Shown: piece after piece, positions 49,859 to 60,101 of the stretch
Layout: every line of letters begins with the position of its first letter
Position numbering within the stretch: the stretch's first letter is position 1
Assembly: GCA_049967475.1 (NCBI GenBank)
Contig: JBMFSQ010000003.1
Location: 64,001-128,000 of the forward strand
DNA from: Chthonomonadales bacterium
Lineage (GTDB): Bacteria; Armatimonadota; Chthonomonadetes; Chthonomonadales; CAJBBX01
DNA length: 64,000 nt
Direction of reading: 5' to 3'
Made by a program: the position numbers and the translations under genes
Notes under the pieces: model-generated
What the model was told of the DNA's origin: nothing
The model's input: only the letters and a program-made list of their open reading frames with translations
Database searches by the model: none

Positions 49859-51151
49859 ATGACTGAAGAACGTGGCCAGGATCGTAATCACGTTACGCGG
49901 CGCCAGTTCCTAAAAACATCGGCTGCAAGCGCCGCAGCGTCTCTGTTCGCGGCGATGCCGCCGGGCCTCGGCTATGTGCAGGGATCCGACCGCATCAAAG
50001 TAGGGGTCATCGGCTGTGGCGGTCGCGGAACAGGTGCGACGCATGATTGCGCGAACGCTGCGCCGGGCGTGGTCATCTGGGCGCTGGGCGACATGTTCCG
50101 CGACCGCCTCGACGGATGCCGAGGCTCCCTGGCTCAACTCGGTAACAAAGCCGAGGTCACCGACAGCCGCTGCTTTGTAGGCTTGGACGCCTATAAAGGC
50201 GTACTCGGCAGCGGCGTGGACCTGGTGATCCTCGCGACGCCCCCAGGCTTTCGGCCGATCCACTTTCAGGCGGCAGTAGAGGCGGGCAAGCATGTCTTTA
50301 TGGAGAAGCCTGTCGGCACGGACGCGCCGGGCATCCGCAAGATCTTGGCGGCCGCCGGCCTGGCGGAGCAGAAGGGGCTGGCCGTGGTAGCCGGCACTCA
50401 AAGGCGGCATCAGGCGAGTTATGTGGAGGCCATCAAGCGCATCCATGATGGAGCGATCGGCGATCTGGTTGCCGGCCAGGTCTACTGGAACGGCGGCGGC
50501 GTGGGCAACGGCGTGCCGCCCAAGGCGCCGGGGCAGACAGACCTGGAATGGATGATACGCTCGTGGTATCAGTTCTTGTGGCTCTGCGGAGACCATATCG
50601 TAGAGCAGCACGTTCATAACCTGGACGTAGCCAACTGGGTATTCAACGCGCACCCCGTGAGCGCCATGGGCGTGGGAGGTCGCTCCCAGCGCACCGATCC
50701 TGTGCGCTTTCCCATGATCTTCGATCACTTCGCCATAGACTACGAATATCCTAACGGCGTGCACATCTTGAGTATGTGTCGCCATTGGGACGATTGCCCG
50801 GGGAATGTGTCCGAGCATATCGTGGGAACAAAGGGTACTGCCAATCCGTGGGGACAGATTTCGGGACCCAATGCATGGCGGTTCTCGGGCAATAACCCCA
50901 ATCCCTATGTTCAGGAGCATGCGGACCTAATCGCGAGCATCCGGGCAGGAAAGCCGCTCAATGAGGCGCGCCAGGTAGCGGAGAGTACTCTCACCGCGAT
51001 CATGGGACGTATGGCGGCCTATACAGGCCAGGTGATCACTTGGGACCAGGCGCTCAATTCGCAAGAGAACCTGTATCCCGATCTTACCGATCCCAAGGCT
51101 CCGATCCCTGTAGGCAAGCCGCCGGTTCCAGGCAAAACGCATTTCGTGTAA
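49859..51151 (+). CDS. Tat-exported Gfo/Idh/MocA oxidoreductase
   Basis: TRRQFLK Tat motif; IGCGGRG; ATPPGFR; HVFMEKP; EQHVHNLD. Confidence 0.92.
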   Translation: MTEERGQDRNHVTRRQFLKTSAASAAASLFAAMPPGLGYVQGSDRIKVGVIGCGGRGTGATHDCANAAPGVVIWALGDMFRDRLDGCRGSLAQLGNKAEVTDSRCFVGLDAYKGVLGSGVDLVILATPPGFRPIHFQAAVEAGKHVFMEKPVGTDAPGIRKILAAAGLAEQKGLAVVAGTQRRHQASYVEAIKRIHDGAIGDLVAGQVYWNGGGVGNGVPPKAPGQTDLEWMIRSWYQFLWLCGDHIVEQHVHNLDVANWVFNAHPVSAMGVGGRSQRTDPVRFPMIFDHFAIDYEYPNGVHILSMCRHWDDCPGNVSEHIVGTKGTANPWGQISGPNAWRFSGNNPNPYVQEHADLIASIRAGKPLNEARQVAESTLTAIMGRMAAYTGQVITWDQALNSQENLYPDLTDPKAPIPVGKPPVPGKTHFV

Positions 51152-51209
51152 CGCGTGTGTCAGGGGGAGCAGTGTATCAAGGCTCCCCCTCAAGCAAGGA
51201 GGCAAAACC

Positions 51210-51542
51210 ATGCCCGTTGTCCTTACGCGGTCTTCATCGGGCAGCACCGGGAAGGGATCAGCCGGAAGCAGCCCGGGAGGCATTCGGAAGCCGAAAATGC
51301 TCGCTGCTGCCATCGGGGTGCTTGTCCTGGTACTGCTTCTGGCGGCGGGTGGTTACTGGCTGCTGGGAGGGAGCAAGGCATCCGTACCTTCTTCCACCCC
51401 TTCCGCGATGCCGGAAGCCGGCGGAGCTGCTTTCACTCCGCCCCGGAAGCCTGCACCTCCTGTGGGGGCGGGTAACCTCCAAGGAGCGGCCGCTCCGAAC
51501 ATGCCGGTAGACATCCGAGATCAGACCGAATTCGGCAAGTAG
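51210..51542 (+). CDS. Small single-pass membrane protein, Pro-rich
   Basis: AAGGAGG SD; one TM helix. Confidence 0.7.
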   Translation: MPVVLTRSSSGSTGKGSAGSSPGGIRKPKMLAAAIGVLVLVLLLAAGGYWLLGGSKASVPSSTPSAMPEAGGAAFTPPRKPAPPVGAGNLQGAAAPNMPVDIRDQTEFGK

Positions 51543-51657
51543 GGGAGCGCACCTTCCGCGTGCACTCAATCGTGTGCGCGCTGAGTACCGCTTGTGTTTC
51601 AACAAGCTGCATGCCGCCTCTGGGCATTCGCCAACCTGTACCTGGAAAGGAGAGCCC

Positions 51658-52317
51658 ATGTCTGCCCGTGTCTTCACAACGACGTCTATCCTTCTTTTGT
51701 GCGCCGGCCTTCTCACAAGCCCGTACTGGGTTCGTGCTGCCGGGTTCCGCGCAGAGAGCGGCACCATCGCGCAGGTGGACTTGCAGCGTGTCTATCTGGC
51801 CAGCGACGCTCGCAAGGCTGCGCAGCAGCACATCCGGCAATATGGCCAAATCCTCTTCGAGCGGTACGCCGCAACCGCGCGCCTCAAATACCTCAACCCC
51901 GACGAACTCACGCAGTATACGCAGGCCGTCAACGCCCAAAATCCCACCCCTGAGGACAAAGCCACCGTGTCGCGCCTGGAAGCGGAATCCACGCGCCGCA
52001 TGGCCGAGATGCAGGCGTTGAGTGAGAAGAAGCAGTCCGATCTCACGGATGCTGATCGAAAGCGCATCAAGGAGCTGAGCGACATTCAGGCTCTTCAACC
52101 GCAAGCGCTGGAAACGCTTCGAAACATCTATCAACAGATGGTGACCGATGAGCAGGACAAGGCAACGCAGCAGGGATTGGCTGAGGTCCGCGCCATCGTG
52201 CGGAAGGTAGCGAAGGAGCATTCCATCACCGAGGTGTTCGACACATCCAGCCTCGTGGTAGCTCCCGTGGATCTTACGGACGAAGTTCTCGCTCGAGCGA
52301 CGGGCAAGAAGCGCTAG
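51658..52317 (+). CDS. OmpH/Skp-like periplasmic chaperone
   Basis: Signal peptide, IAQVDLQRVY, coiled coil, VAKEHSITEVFD...VDLTDEVL. Confidence 0.75.
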   Translation: MSARVFTTTSILLLCAGLLTSPYWVRAAGFRAESGTIAQVDLQRVYLASDARKAAQQHIRQYGQILFERYAATARLKYLNPDELTQYTQAVNAQNPTPEDKATVSRLEAESTRRMAEMQALSEKKQSDLTDADRKRIKELSDIQALQPQALETLRNIYQQMVTDEQDKATQQGLAEVRAIVRKVAKEHSITEVFDTSSLVVAPVDLTDEVLARATGKKR

Positions 52318-52338
52318 GAGCTCAATTTGGGGCATGCC

Positions 52339-53109
52339 CTACCCGCGGAACGCACGGAAGAGCGTTTCCGCGAATTTGGGTACGCCGGTGGCCGCTGGCT
52401 CAGGTTCTTCGTACTCCATAGCGATATATCCATGATAGCCGGCGCCTTCCAGGATCGTTCGCACCCGCATGTAATCCACCGCTTCGCGGCCGGAGGGACC
52501 GTTATAATGGACCTTGGCGTGGGTTGCTGCAGCGTACGGAGCACAGCGTTCAAACTGGCCGTAAACATCCCCGACGAAGTTGCCGAAATCGAGGTTCAAC
52601 CGCAGCCAATCGCTCCCCACTGCGCCGAGCAGCCTGAGCGTGCCCTCGGCGTTGGCTGTCAGGCCGCCATGGTTCTCTAGGGCTAAGATCACCCCTTCCT
52701 GCTCGGCTGCAGAGGCACATTCCTGCAAACATTCGACGCACCAACGGAAGGACTGCTCCTCGGTCACGCCTTCTCGGATCGGGCCGGCAAAAACGCGCAG
52801 CGTCGGGGCCCCAAGCACCACAGAGTGTCGGATCCAATCCTTGGTCATTTGGATGTGTGACCGGCGCGCTGCGGCGTCAGGTTGGGTGAAATCGCTTCCC
52901 ACTGCGGTTCCAGACACGGTGAGCCCAAGTTCATGCACGTTGCGCTTGATATGATTGAGGTACGATCGGTCGGTAGTGGGAAAATAGTAAGCCGTTAGCT
53001 CAGCGGCGTCAAAGCCCACCTTGGCGATCGTGTCCAAAAAGTCTTCCAGGGTCATGGATCCGTTCTGCAGTTCCTCCCGATAGGAATAGGCGCAGCATGC
53101 AATGCGCAT
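52339..53109 (-). CDS. Sugar phosphate isomerase/epimerase (AP endonuclease 2 TIM barrel)
   Basis: AYSYR, LRVFAG, LALENHGG, NLDFGNF, HAK, MEYE. Confidence 0.88.
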   Translation of the reverse strand: MRIACCAYSYREELQNGSMTLEDFLDTIAKVGFDAAELTAYYFPTTDRSYLNHIKRNVHELGLTVSGTAVGSDFTQPDAAARRSHIQMTKDWIRHSVVLGAPTLRVFAGPIREGVTEEQSFRWCVECLQECASAAEQEGVILALENHGGLTANAEGTLRLLGAVGSDWLRLNLDFGNFVGDVYGQFERCAPYAAATHAKVHYNGPSGREAVDYMRVRTILEGAGYHGYIAMEYEEPEPAATGVPKFAETLFRAFRG

Positions 53110-53205
53110 CCCAACGATCCTCCCTCAAGTGCAGGCGCAGGAGTGGGCTGCGCCTTTCCATGGGTGAGTTCGCCGCACCATGTGTGTTTCCCTCCGATTG
53201 CAACG

Positions 53206-55695
53206 CTAAGCCATGGACACGGGGTCCATATCTACCGAGATGCGCTGCCTCTGTGTAGAGGGGAGTCGGCTCAAGGCGTGGAGGATGTATTGGGGCAGGG
53301 GCGCCTCTGGGTGTGTGCGGACAACAACGTGGATGCGGTAATTCCCTTTGAGCTTGGAGAGGGGTGCCGGGGCCGGTCCAATAACCTCCGCGGCGGTACC
53401 GACCTCCTTCTTGAGGGCTTCGGCTAGAAGAACCGCCTTGGCTTGCGCATGGGAGGCGCTTTCGTCGAAGCATACGAGGTTGGCGAGCCTGGCGAATGGC
53501 GGGTAGCGCAGCTCATCGCGAAACGCGATTTCGCGGCGATAGAAGCCTTCATAATCATGAGATGCAGCCATCTGGAGGCTGTAGTGCTCCGGATCGAACG
53601 TCTGTACCAGCACGCGCCCTGGTTCGTCGCCGCGCCCGGAACGGCCCGCCACCTGGGTTACAAGCTGAAAGGTTCGTTCGGCTGCGCGGAAGTCCGGCAT
53701 ATTGATACTGGTGTCTGCGCTTACCACGCCCACGAGCGTCACATCGGGGAAATCGAGCCCCTTGGCTACCATTTGGGTGCCGATGAGAACATTCACTTCG
53801 CCGCGCCGGAAGGCGTTCAGGATCGCCGCATGGGCGCCTTTTCGGGCGGTAGTGTCCCGATCCATGCGGGCGATGCGAGCCTCAGGAATGACGCGGGCCG
53901 TCTCTTCTTCTACCCGCTCCGTGCCCAGGCCGAAGCCCCGGATGCGCGTCCCGCCGCATTGCGGGCAAAGATGCGGGACGGTTCTTTGGTAATTGCAATG
54001 GTGGCATTTGAGCGCCGTCTCGGCTGCGTGAAGCGTAAGGGACACTGCGCAGTTCGGACAGCGGATGACGTGCCCGCAATCGCGGCACAGCATGAACTGC
54101 GAGTATCCGCGGCGGTTGAGGAAGAGGATTGCCTGTTTTCCCCGACCCAGCTCCCTGCGCAGACCTTGCACAAGCGGTTCGCTCAGGAGGCACCGGCTGC
54201 GCTTCCACTCCTCGCGCATGTCTACAATCTGCACCTCCGGCAAGGGGCGGCGATCTATGCGCTCCTCCATGCGGATGCAGGCGATGCGTCCGCGGTCCGC
54301 TTCATAAAAGGTTTCGAGGGACGGCGTCGCGCTGCCGAGAACAACGAGGGCGTCGAGGCTGCGCGCTCGCTGCCGGGCTACGTCCCGGGCATGATATCTC
54401 GGCGTCGTTTCCTGTTTATAGCTCGGCTCATGTTCCTCATCCAGAATGAAGAGGCCTATGTTGCTCAAAGGCGCGAATACGGCGGATCGGGCGCCCACGG
54501 CGATTTTGGCCGCACCCTGCTGGAGCCTGCGCCACTCGTCGTACCGCTCTCCCTCCGATAGGCCGCTATGAAGTACTGCTACCAAGTCTCCAAACCGGCG
54601 TGCGAATATCCCAACCAATTGGGTGGTCAGCGCAATTTCCGGCAGGAGCACTACAGCGTTGCGGCCGGTTGCCAGTACATGCTCGATCGCGTGGAGATAA
54701 ACCTCGGTCTTCCCGGATGCCGTTACCCCAAACAGTAAGGCTTCTCGATTGTTGTGTGTACTCTCGGCGCCGGATGCAAGCGACGCGAGCTCTGCAATGG
54801 CGCGGTCTTGCCAAGGTGTGAGGGACACGGGCGTTTCGCCGGAACGGACACCGGCGTATGGGATCCGGCGGACGGGCACCCGTTCGGCCAGGATCGCTCC
54901 CCGGGCTGCCATGCTTCGAAGCAGCGACGGAGACACGCGGGCTTTCTCGGCCAAGTCGCCTGCTGGTATAGGGGCCTTTCCTTCTCGCGCCAGCACCGCC
55001 AGTACGTCGAGTACCCGCTTGGCTTCGGCGGAGAGCCGCGTCGTCAGTGGGGAGGCCACCGGGCCCAAGGAATAGCCGAGGATCGTTCGCTGCGTGATGC
55101 GGGGCTGCACGAGGCGGTATTCTTCACGGATGAGCCCTTTGCGCACGAGAGCGGAATAAGCCGATGGGAAGCTGCCGACGGCGCACGCCTTGCGCAAAGC
55201 TTCGGCCGACGCCCTGCCTCCCATCCTCTTGAGAGTTGTGAGCACGTGCGCTTGGAGGATGGATCTGTCGGCCACTTCCGGTTCCATTTGGGAGGATGCC
55301 AGCGTAACCACCTTCTCGAGGGAGAAGGCCATACCCGCAGGTACCACGCAGCGGACCGCGGAAAGGAGATCGCATACGTAGGCCTCCGCCAGCCAGTGGA
55401 CGAGTGCTACCTGTTGCGCGTCCAACGTGACGGCCCCGTGGATACGGCCCATTAGCGGCTTCAGAATGGCCGCGAGTGGGTCGCTCCTATGCATGCGCCG
55501 CACCTGCATTACGTATCCGATGCGCTCCTGTCCACCGAATGGCACCAGTACGCATTCGCCTACGCCCAAATCTCGGAGATGATGGGGGATTGCATAGGTA
55601 TACGTTGGGCGCAGGTCCGGCGCTTCAGCGTCTACAACAACATCGGCAACGGCCGCATCGTCCAATTCCGGCCAGAGTGAGGGGTCAGGCAACAT
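53206..55695 (-). CDS. priA: Primosomal protein N' helicase
   Basis: GVTASGKTEVY, PEIALT, DEEHE.SYKQ, four CxxC pairs, GTQMVAKGLDFP, QVAGRSGR. Confidence 0.96.
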   Translation of the reverse strand: MLPDPSLWPELDDAAVADVVVDAEAPDLRPTYTYAIPHHLRDLGVGECVLVPFGGQERIGYVMQVRRMHRSDPLAAILKPLMGRIHGAVTLDAQQVALVHWLAEAYVCDLLSAVRCVVPAGMAFSLEKVVTLASSQMEPEVADRSILQAHVLTTLKRMGGRASAEALRKACAVGSFPSAYSALVRKGLIREEYRLVQPRITQRTILGYSLGPVASPLTTRLSAEAKRVLDVLAVLAREGKAPIPAGDLAEKARVSPSLLRSMAARGAILAERVPVRRIPYAGVRSGETPVSLTPWQDRAIAELASLASGAESTHNNREALLFGVTASGKTEVYLHAIEHVLATGRNAVVLLPEIALTTQLVGIFARRFGDLVAVLHSGLSEGERYDEWRRLQQGAAKIAVGARSAVFAPLSNIGLFILDEEHEPSYKQETTPRYHARDVARQRARSLDALVVLGSATPSLETFYEADRGRIACIRMEERIDRRPLPEVQIVDMREEWKRSRCLLSEPLVQGLRRELGRGKQAILFLNRRGYSQFMLCRDCGHVIRCPNCAVSLTLHAAETALKCHHCNYQRTVPHLCPQCGGTRIRGFGLGTERVEEETARVIPEARIARMDRDTTARKGAHAAILNAFRRGEVNVLIGTQMVAKGLDFPDVTLVGVVSADTSINMPDFRAAERTFQLVTQVAGRSGRGDEPGRVLVQTFDPEHYSLQMAASHDYEGFYRREIAFRDELRYPPFARLANLVCFDESASHAQAKAVLLAEALKKEVGTAAEVIGPAPAPLSKLKGNYRIHVVVRTHPEAPLPQYILHALSRLPSTQRQRISVDMDPVSMA

Positions 55696-55835
55696 GGCGA
55701 TCCTGAACGGCGGGTTGGTCGTCCTGCATGCGGTTGATTGTGCGGGAGCACGGCTTCTTACGGCACCCCATCATGGATGCGGATGGGCCGGTCCATCGGG
55801 TGTAGTGTCGGCGCACCGGGTGTGGGAGCACGGTT

Positions 55836-58800
55836 CTAGGAAAGAACGACGGCCAACGTCTTACCTTCCGGCACCTCCACAGGATGCTCCATCGTTATGC
55901 GGATCTCTCCTTGCTCGGATTTCCAGGTAGCGGCAACCGTGCGACCGGCCAGAGACACCCGAACCGATCGCGGTGCGTGGTGTGCCTGGAGATGCAGGTG
56001 CGCCAGCCGGAGAGAACCTTCCACAACGCGTATCTCGTTGCGCTGCCCGTTGCCGCGGCGCACTTGGACGAGGCTGCCCCAGCCTAGCGGACCGCTGAAG
56101 AAGCTCTGGAAGCGGTCTGGGTGGATGCGCGGCTTGAAGGTAAGCGCGGCAGCAGGTCCGTCGTAGTGAAAGCCCGAGGCGGCCAGCAGTATGGACCAAG
56201 AGGACATGGCCCGAGCGTAATGCCCTCCACACTCGATCTCATTCCAGGGGTTGCGTGGAATTGGAGGTCTTGGGATGCCGTCGTAGCGGCCACGCGCTCC
56301 TTTGATGATCGTGAAGGCTTCTTCGAGCATCCCCTCATAGATGAGGTGGGCCGCCACCTGATATTCAATGCCCGTCCACACTTCGTCGGAATAGAGCATC
56401 ACGATGGGCGGTCTGCCGCCGCGAGGCCAAGTGCAAATGATGAGCCCCTGGTCGCCGTTTCCGGCGAAGGCCCGGGGTGCGTGGTGCCAGCCTGTGAGGT
56501 CGGGCTTCCAGTTGTAGCGAACGATGGCGCGAAGGGCCGATGCAACGTGTTCCCGCGGAAGGATATACCCGAGCCCCAGTTGGTGCGCCCACCATTGCCC
56601 GATCAATTGGTCGCTCATGCACCCGGGCCCCACCTCACCCGGCATCTTTTCGTATCCCGGAAGGTGCTGCTGGAAGTATTCGCCATTCCAGCAGAGGCGC
56701 ATGAGGTTCTGTTGGCCTAGCCGGAAGATAGATCGGTATCGTTCCGCGGCACGCGCGTCTCCCATTCGGCGGGCCCACTCCTCGCCCGCGCGCAGAGCCG
56801 CCAGATAGTATCCGCTGATGAAGGTAGTGACACCGTGGAGAGCTTCATCATACGTGTTCCATTGATCGTCCTGAAGGATGCCTTGAGGCTCACCGCCGTT
56901 GGAGGCTGCGTCCCGTGCGATGAGGTACTCCACCGCCCGTTGCACCCGCGGCCAGTATTCGCGGAAAACGGTGTCGTCGGGGTAGTTCAGGGCTTCACGA
57001 TAGGCTTTCAATATGGTGCTTGCGTGGCCGTCTGCAAAGGGATGTTCCCCAGTTGGATGGGGCGGCGACGGCACATCTGTTCGATTATTGATGCCCCCAT
57101 CCTGCCGCTGCTGATGCAGGAAGTCCACGCGGCGCATTTCGCGCTCCAGTTCCGGGAATACACGGCTGAGCGTCTGCTCATATCCCCATACGTGGGTACA
57201 GGTGGGTTGACAGCAGCCGTTGGAACCCTCCCAGCCGTACACATCTCCATTGGCGATGCGGAATACCACCCCGATGTGGCGGATCGTGGCCATCTGCGAG
57301 GTGAGGCAATCCAGGAGCCAATAGGGAAGGCTGGTTGCGTAGAACGTGTCCCGAAAGCGCTGGGTGCGGCGGCGAACGGACGAGAAGGAGCGCATCAGTT
57401 CTTGGGCCACATCCGCTGCGCTGGGCCAAACGGTGCTGTAGTGGTTGCCCATCCATTCGCCGGCTGCATTGTACTTGTTGGGATACCACCACGACAATAT
57501 AAAGGGTACCTCCAGCGTCTTGCCGGGCGGGACAACGATGGAGGAAGCAATCCCTCCATTGATTGTCTTTCCGGCTGAGGTGGGTTGCTGCTGCGGGTGG
57601 CGGTTGGCCCCGAAACCGGACCGAGCATCGAGCTTCTCCCAAGCTTCCATCCACTCGATGAAGGAGGGAAGCGTGGTCACTTTGCCTGCAAGGGCTGCCA
57701 AGGCCAGGGAACCGAAGCCTGGGGACTTAGCGGTAGCGGACCTGGGCGCATGGTACGCAGCCCCTGCGAGTGCGCAGATCTCGCGATAGGCCGAATGTTG
57801 GGCACCGGCGAGTTCCGCCTCGGCGGGATCTAGAATGCGTCCGGGTACGAAGGCTACAGCGCCGGTCTTCAGGGGTCTCGTTATGGCTGTGTGCCCCGAA
57901 GGGAGGGGCTGTTCTCGTGCGCCCGGGCGCAAGGAAAGACCTCGATACTCAAACTTGCCGTCGGAACCGGTCTCCACGGATCGAATATATGCCGGCATGA
58001 GGTCTGCTAGGATACGGAGCGCGCCTTCGCCGGCCGGTAAGTCCGAGAAGACAATGTCGTCCACGTTGATATGACCCCAGCCTCCCGTTTCCTCGTCAAC
58101 AATCTCGATGTGGGCAGTGCGCCCGGCGAACTCGCGAACGTCCCACCATGCCGGGATGAGCGCTTCGCTGTTTCTGCCGGATGCCGTTCGTACGGCTCTT
58201 CCTTCTACGATTAGGCGCATCTGAGTTCCGGGGTGGGAACCGCCGCCGATGCGGAATCGAATGAAGCGCCTCTGAATGGTGAATTCTGGGCTGATCAAGC
58301 GCCCCGTAGCGGCATCTCCTCCAAGGTACGAGTTTACGAGACCCTGGCCCGTAAAGCCGCTGACGGGCTGTTGATTGGGCAGGGTCCCTCTGGCTGGCTC
58401 GGTGCCGAACGCCGTCCCTTCTACCTTCCAATCCCCGTATCCGTGCTCGAAGTCCTGGAACACCACGTCGGGCCGAATAGGGGTGCCGGCGTCGGTATGG
58501 CTGTAGCGCACGTATTCGGCAATGAGGCTCGGGTGATCCCCGCTGAGCACCAGAATGGCGCCGTGCTCCACCGCCCGGCGGGCTGCTTCCAGTAGCATGG
58601 GATCAAGGTCCGGAGCTGGGTCCTCGAGCCAGATGACGGTACCCGCCGCGCGTTCCGAAGATGGCGCATTCGCGAGCCGCTCGAAGGCGTCTACCTGAAG
58701 ATCCCGCGGTCTCACGGCCGGTGTGGCGTTGAGGGCTTGGATGCTGATGTTCGTGTAGATGCGGAGCGGGCGATCCAGTGCTGCCGGGTCACTGGGGACG

Positions 58801-59534
58801 CATTCCATAAGGAGCATCCGTCCGGATGAGCGGTTTACGGCTCCCCCGAAATTGGGGTGGCTCGTGCCCAGGTCTTGCGGTCCTCGCGAGAACGGAGCCG
58901 CCGGCCCCATGGCGTCGTATCCTGCCGGATTGCGCATGAGCGCGGCAATGGACACCGGAATGGGCTCTTGGGTAGGATTGTGCACTTTGAAAAGGAATAC
59001 AGCCGCCGGCATGGAGGAGAGGCGTGTGTCCAGCGGCGAGAACGGGGTAAAGGCCTCGAGTTGAAGGCGTACAGGCAGGTCCGCGTCGTGGAATGTAAGT
59101 GTGGCACAGGGGTACTCGCCCCGCATTTCAATTTGGTGGATGCGGGGAAACTCCGGGCCGCCAGAAGTCTGAAGAAGTTTGCCTGCCTCACCTGCCTTGA
59201 TGACGAAGAAGCACGGAACGTAGCCGTCCCGCAGAGTATTGAAGAGCTGCCACGTGGTGAGCTGCCCATCCGCGCCGATCTCGAAGTTCCCTGTACCGAT
59301 GCCGCCCAGGTGCATCCGTGCATCAGTATGCTTGTAGGAGAGGTACACGCGCGCCTCGCCGGGGTTAGGCGGATCGCCACGCCGATCCTCGCCTGCGGCC
59401 GCGTCTATGAGGGATGCGGATGCGGCCTTTGCGGCGAGGGCGGCGGCCGCACTGCTTCCTGCCAACAACATCAATTCACGCCGCGTTACACCGTAGGGAC
59501 CGCAGCTTCCAGCGCAATTGCAATTCCTACTCAC
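55836..59534 (-). CDS. Tat-exported GH116-family glycoside hydrolase with a large internal insertion
   Basis: TRRELM Tat-like motif; LGGIGTG N-domain; catalytic-domain motifs WEG..CCQPTCTHVW.Y, QWNTYD, GCMSDQL.GQW, EVWTGIEY, E.ECG.HYARAMSSW. Confidence 0.85.
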   Translation of the reverse strand: MSRNCNCAGSCGPYGVTRRELMLLAGSSAAAALAAKAASASLIDAAAGEDRRGDPPNPGEARVYLSYKHTDARMHLGGIGTGNFEIGADGQLTTWQLFNTLRDGYVPCFFVIKAGEAGKLLQTSGGPEFPRIHQIEMRGEYPCATLTFHDADLPVRLQLEAFTPFSPLDTRLSSMPAAVFLFKVHNPTQEPIPVSIAALMRNPAGYDAMGPAAPFSRGPQDLGTSHPNFGGAVNRSSGRMLLMECVPSDPAALDRPLRIYTNISIQALNATPAVRPRDLQVDAFERLANAPSSERAAGTVIWLEDPAPDLDPMLLEAARRAVEHGAILVLSGDHPSLIAEYVRYSHTDAGTPIRPDVVFQDFEHGYGDWKVEGTAFGTEPARGTLPNQQPVSGFTGQGLVNSYLGGDAATGRLISPEFTIQRRFIRFRIGGGSHPGTQMRLIVEGRAVRTASGRNSEALIPAWWDVREFAGRTAHIEIVDEETGGWGHINVDDIVFSDLPAGEGALRILADLMPAYIRSVETGSDGKFEYRGLSLRPGAREQPLPSGHTAITRPLKTGAVAFVPGRILDPAEAELAGAQHSAYREICALAGAAYHAPRSATAKSPGFGSLALAALAGKVTTLPSFIEWMEAWEKLDARSGFGANRHPQQQPTSAGKTINGGIASSIVVPPGKTLEVPFILSWWYPNKYNAAGEWMGNHYSTVWPSAADVAQELMRSFSSVRRRTQRFRDTFYATSLPYWLLDCLTSQMATIRHIGVVFRIANGDVYGWEGSNGCCQPTCTHVWGYEQTLSRVFPELEREMRRVDFLHQQRQDGGINNRTDVPSPPHPTGEHPFADGHASTILKAYREALNYPDDTVFREYWPRVQRAVEYLIARDAASNGGEPQGILQDDQWNTYDEALHGVTTFISGYYLAALRAGEEWARRMGDARAAERYRSIFRLGQQNLMRLCWNGEYFQQHLPGYEKMPGEVGPGCMSDQLIGQWWAHQLGLGYILPREHVASALRAIVRYNWKPDLTGWHHAPRAFAGNGDQGLIICTWPRGGRPPIVMLYSDEVWTGIEYQVAAHLIYEGMLEEAFTIIKGARGRYDGIPRPPIPRNPWNEIECGGHYARAMSSWSILLAASGFHYDGPAAALTFKPRIHPDRFQSFFSGPLGWGSLVQVRRGNGQRNEIRVVEGSLRLAHLHLQAHHAPRSVRVSLAGRTVAATWKSEQGEIRITMEHPVEVPEGKTLAVVLS

Positions 59535-60052
59535 CGCATGCTTTCCTTCCCGGATCCATTCATAGGAGCCGACGGCTCATCGTCGCTCCGAAGGAATGTA
59601 CCACTGCGGCCGCCGCTTTTGGACACGAGGCGGATAGAATGCACGACGGCGCTGCGGTCCACGGCTTTGACCATGTCGTAAACGGTCAAAGCTGCCAATG
59701 TCACCGCGGTGAGTGCCTCCATCTCCACACCCGTTCGGTCCACAGTGGAAGCATGGGCTTCGATTTCCACGCGGTCGTCTAGCACATCCAGATGAACTTC
59801 CACATGAGAGAGTGCGACCTGGTGGCACAGAGGGATCAGCTCGCTGGTACGCTTCGCTGCCATGATGCCGGCGATCCGTGCTGCGGCAAACACGTCGCCC
59901 TTGGGCACCTTGCCATCCTTAAGAAGGCGGATGGTGGCCGGTGAAAGGATCACCGATGCGCGGGCTGTTGCGGTGCGCTCAGTGGTTGCCTTGTGGCCTA
60001 CGGGCACCATTCTGGCTTGGCCGCTTCCGTCGAGATGCGTAAGGTTTTCCAT
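59531..60052 (-). CDS. moaC: Cyclic pyranopterin monophosphate synthase
   Basis: LTHLD..G.ARMV, AGIMAAKRT.ELIPLCH, TGVEMEAL, YDMVKAVD, KSGGRSG. Confidence 0.96.
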   Translation of the reverse strand: MENLTHLDGSGQARMVPVGHKATTERTATARASVILSPATIRLLKDGKVPKGDVFAAARIAGIMAAKRTSELIPLCHQVALSHVEVHLDVLDDRVEIEAHASTVDRTGVEMEALTAVTLAALTVYDMVKAVDRSAVVHSIRLVSKSGGRSGTFLRSDDEPSAPMNGSGKESMR

Positions 60053-60101
60053 TCGGCGTTCTCCTCGAAAAAAGTCCCAAACCAAAATGTGCCTTGGAGG
60101 C

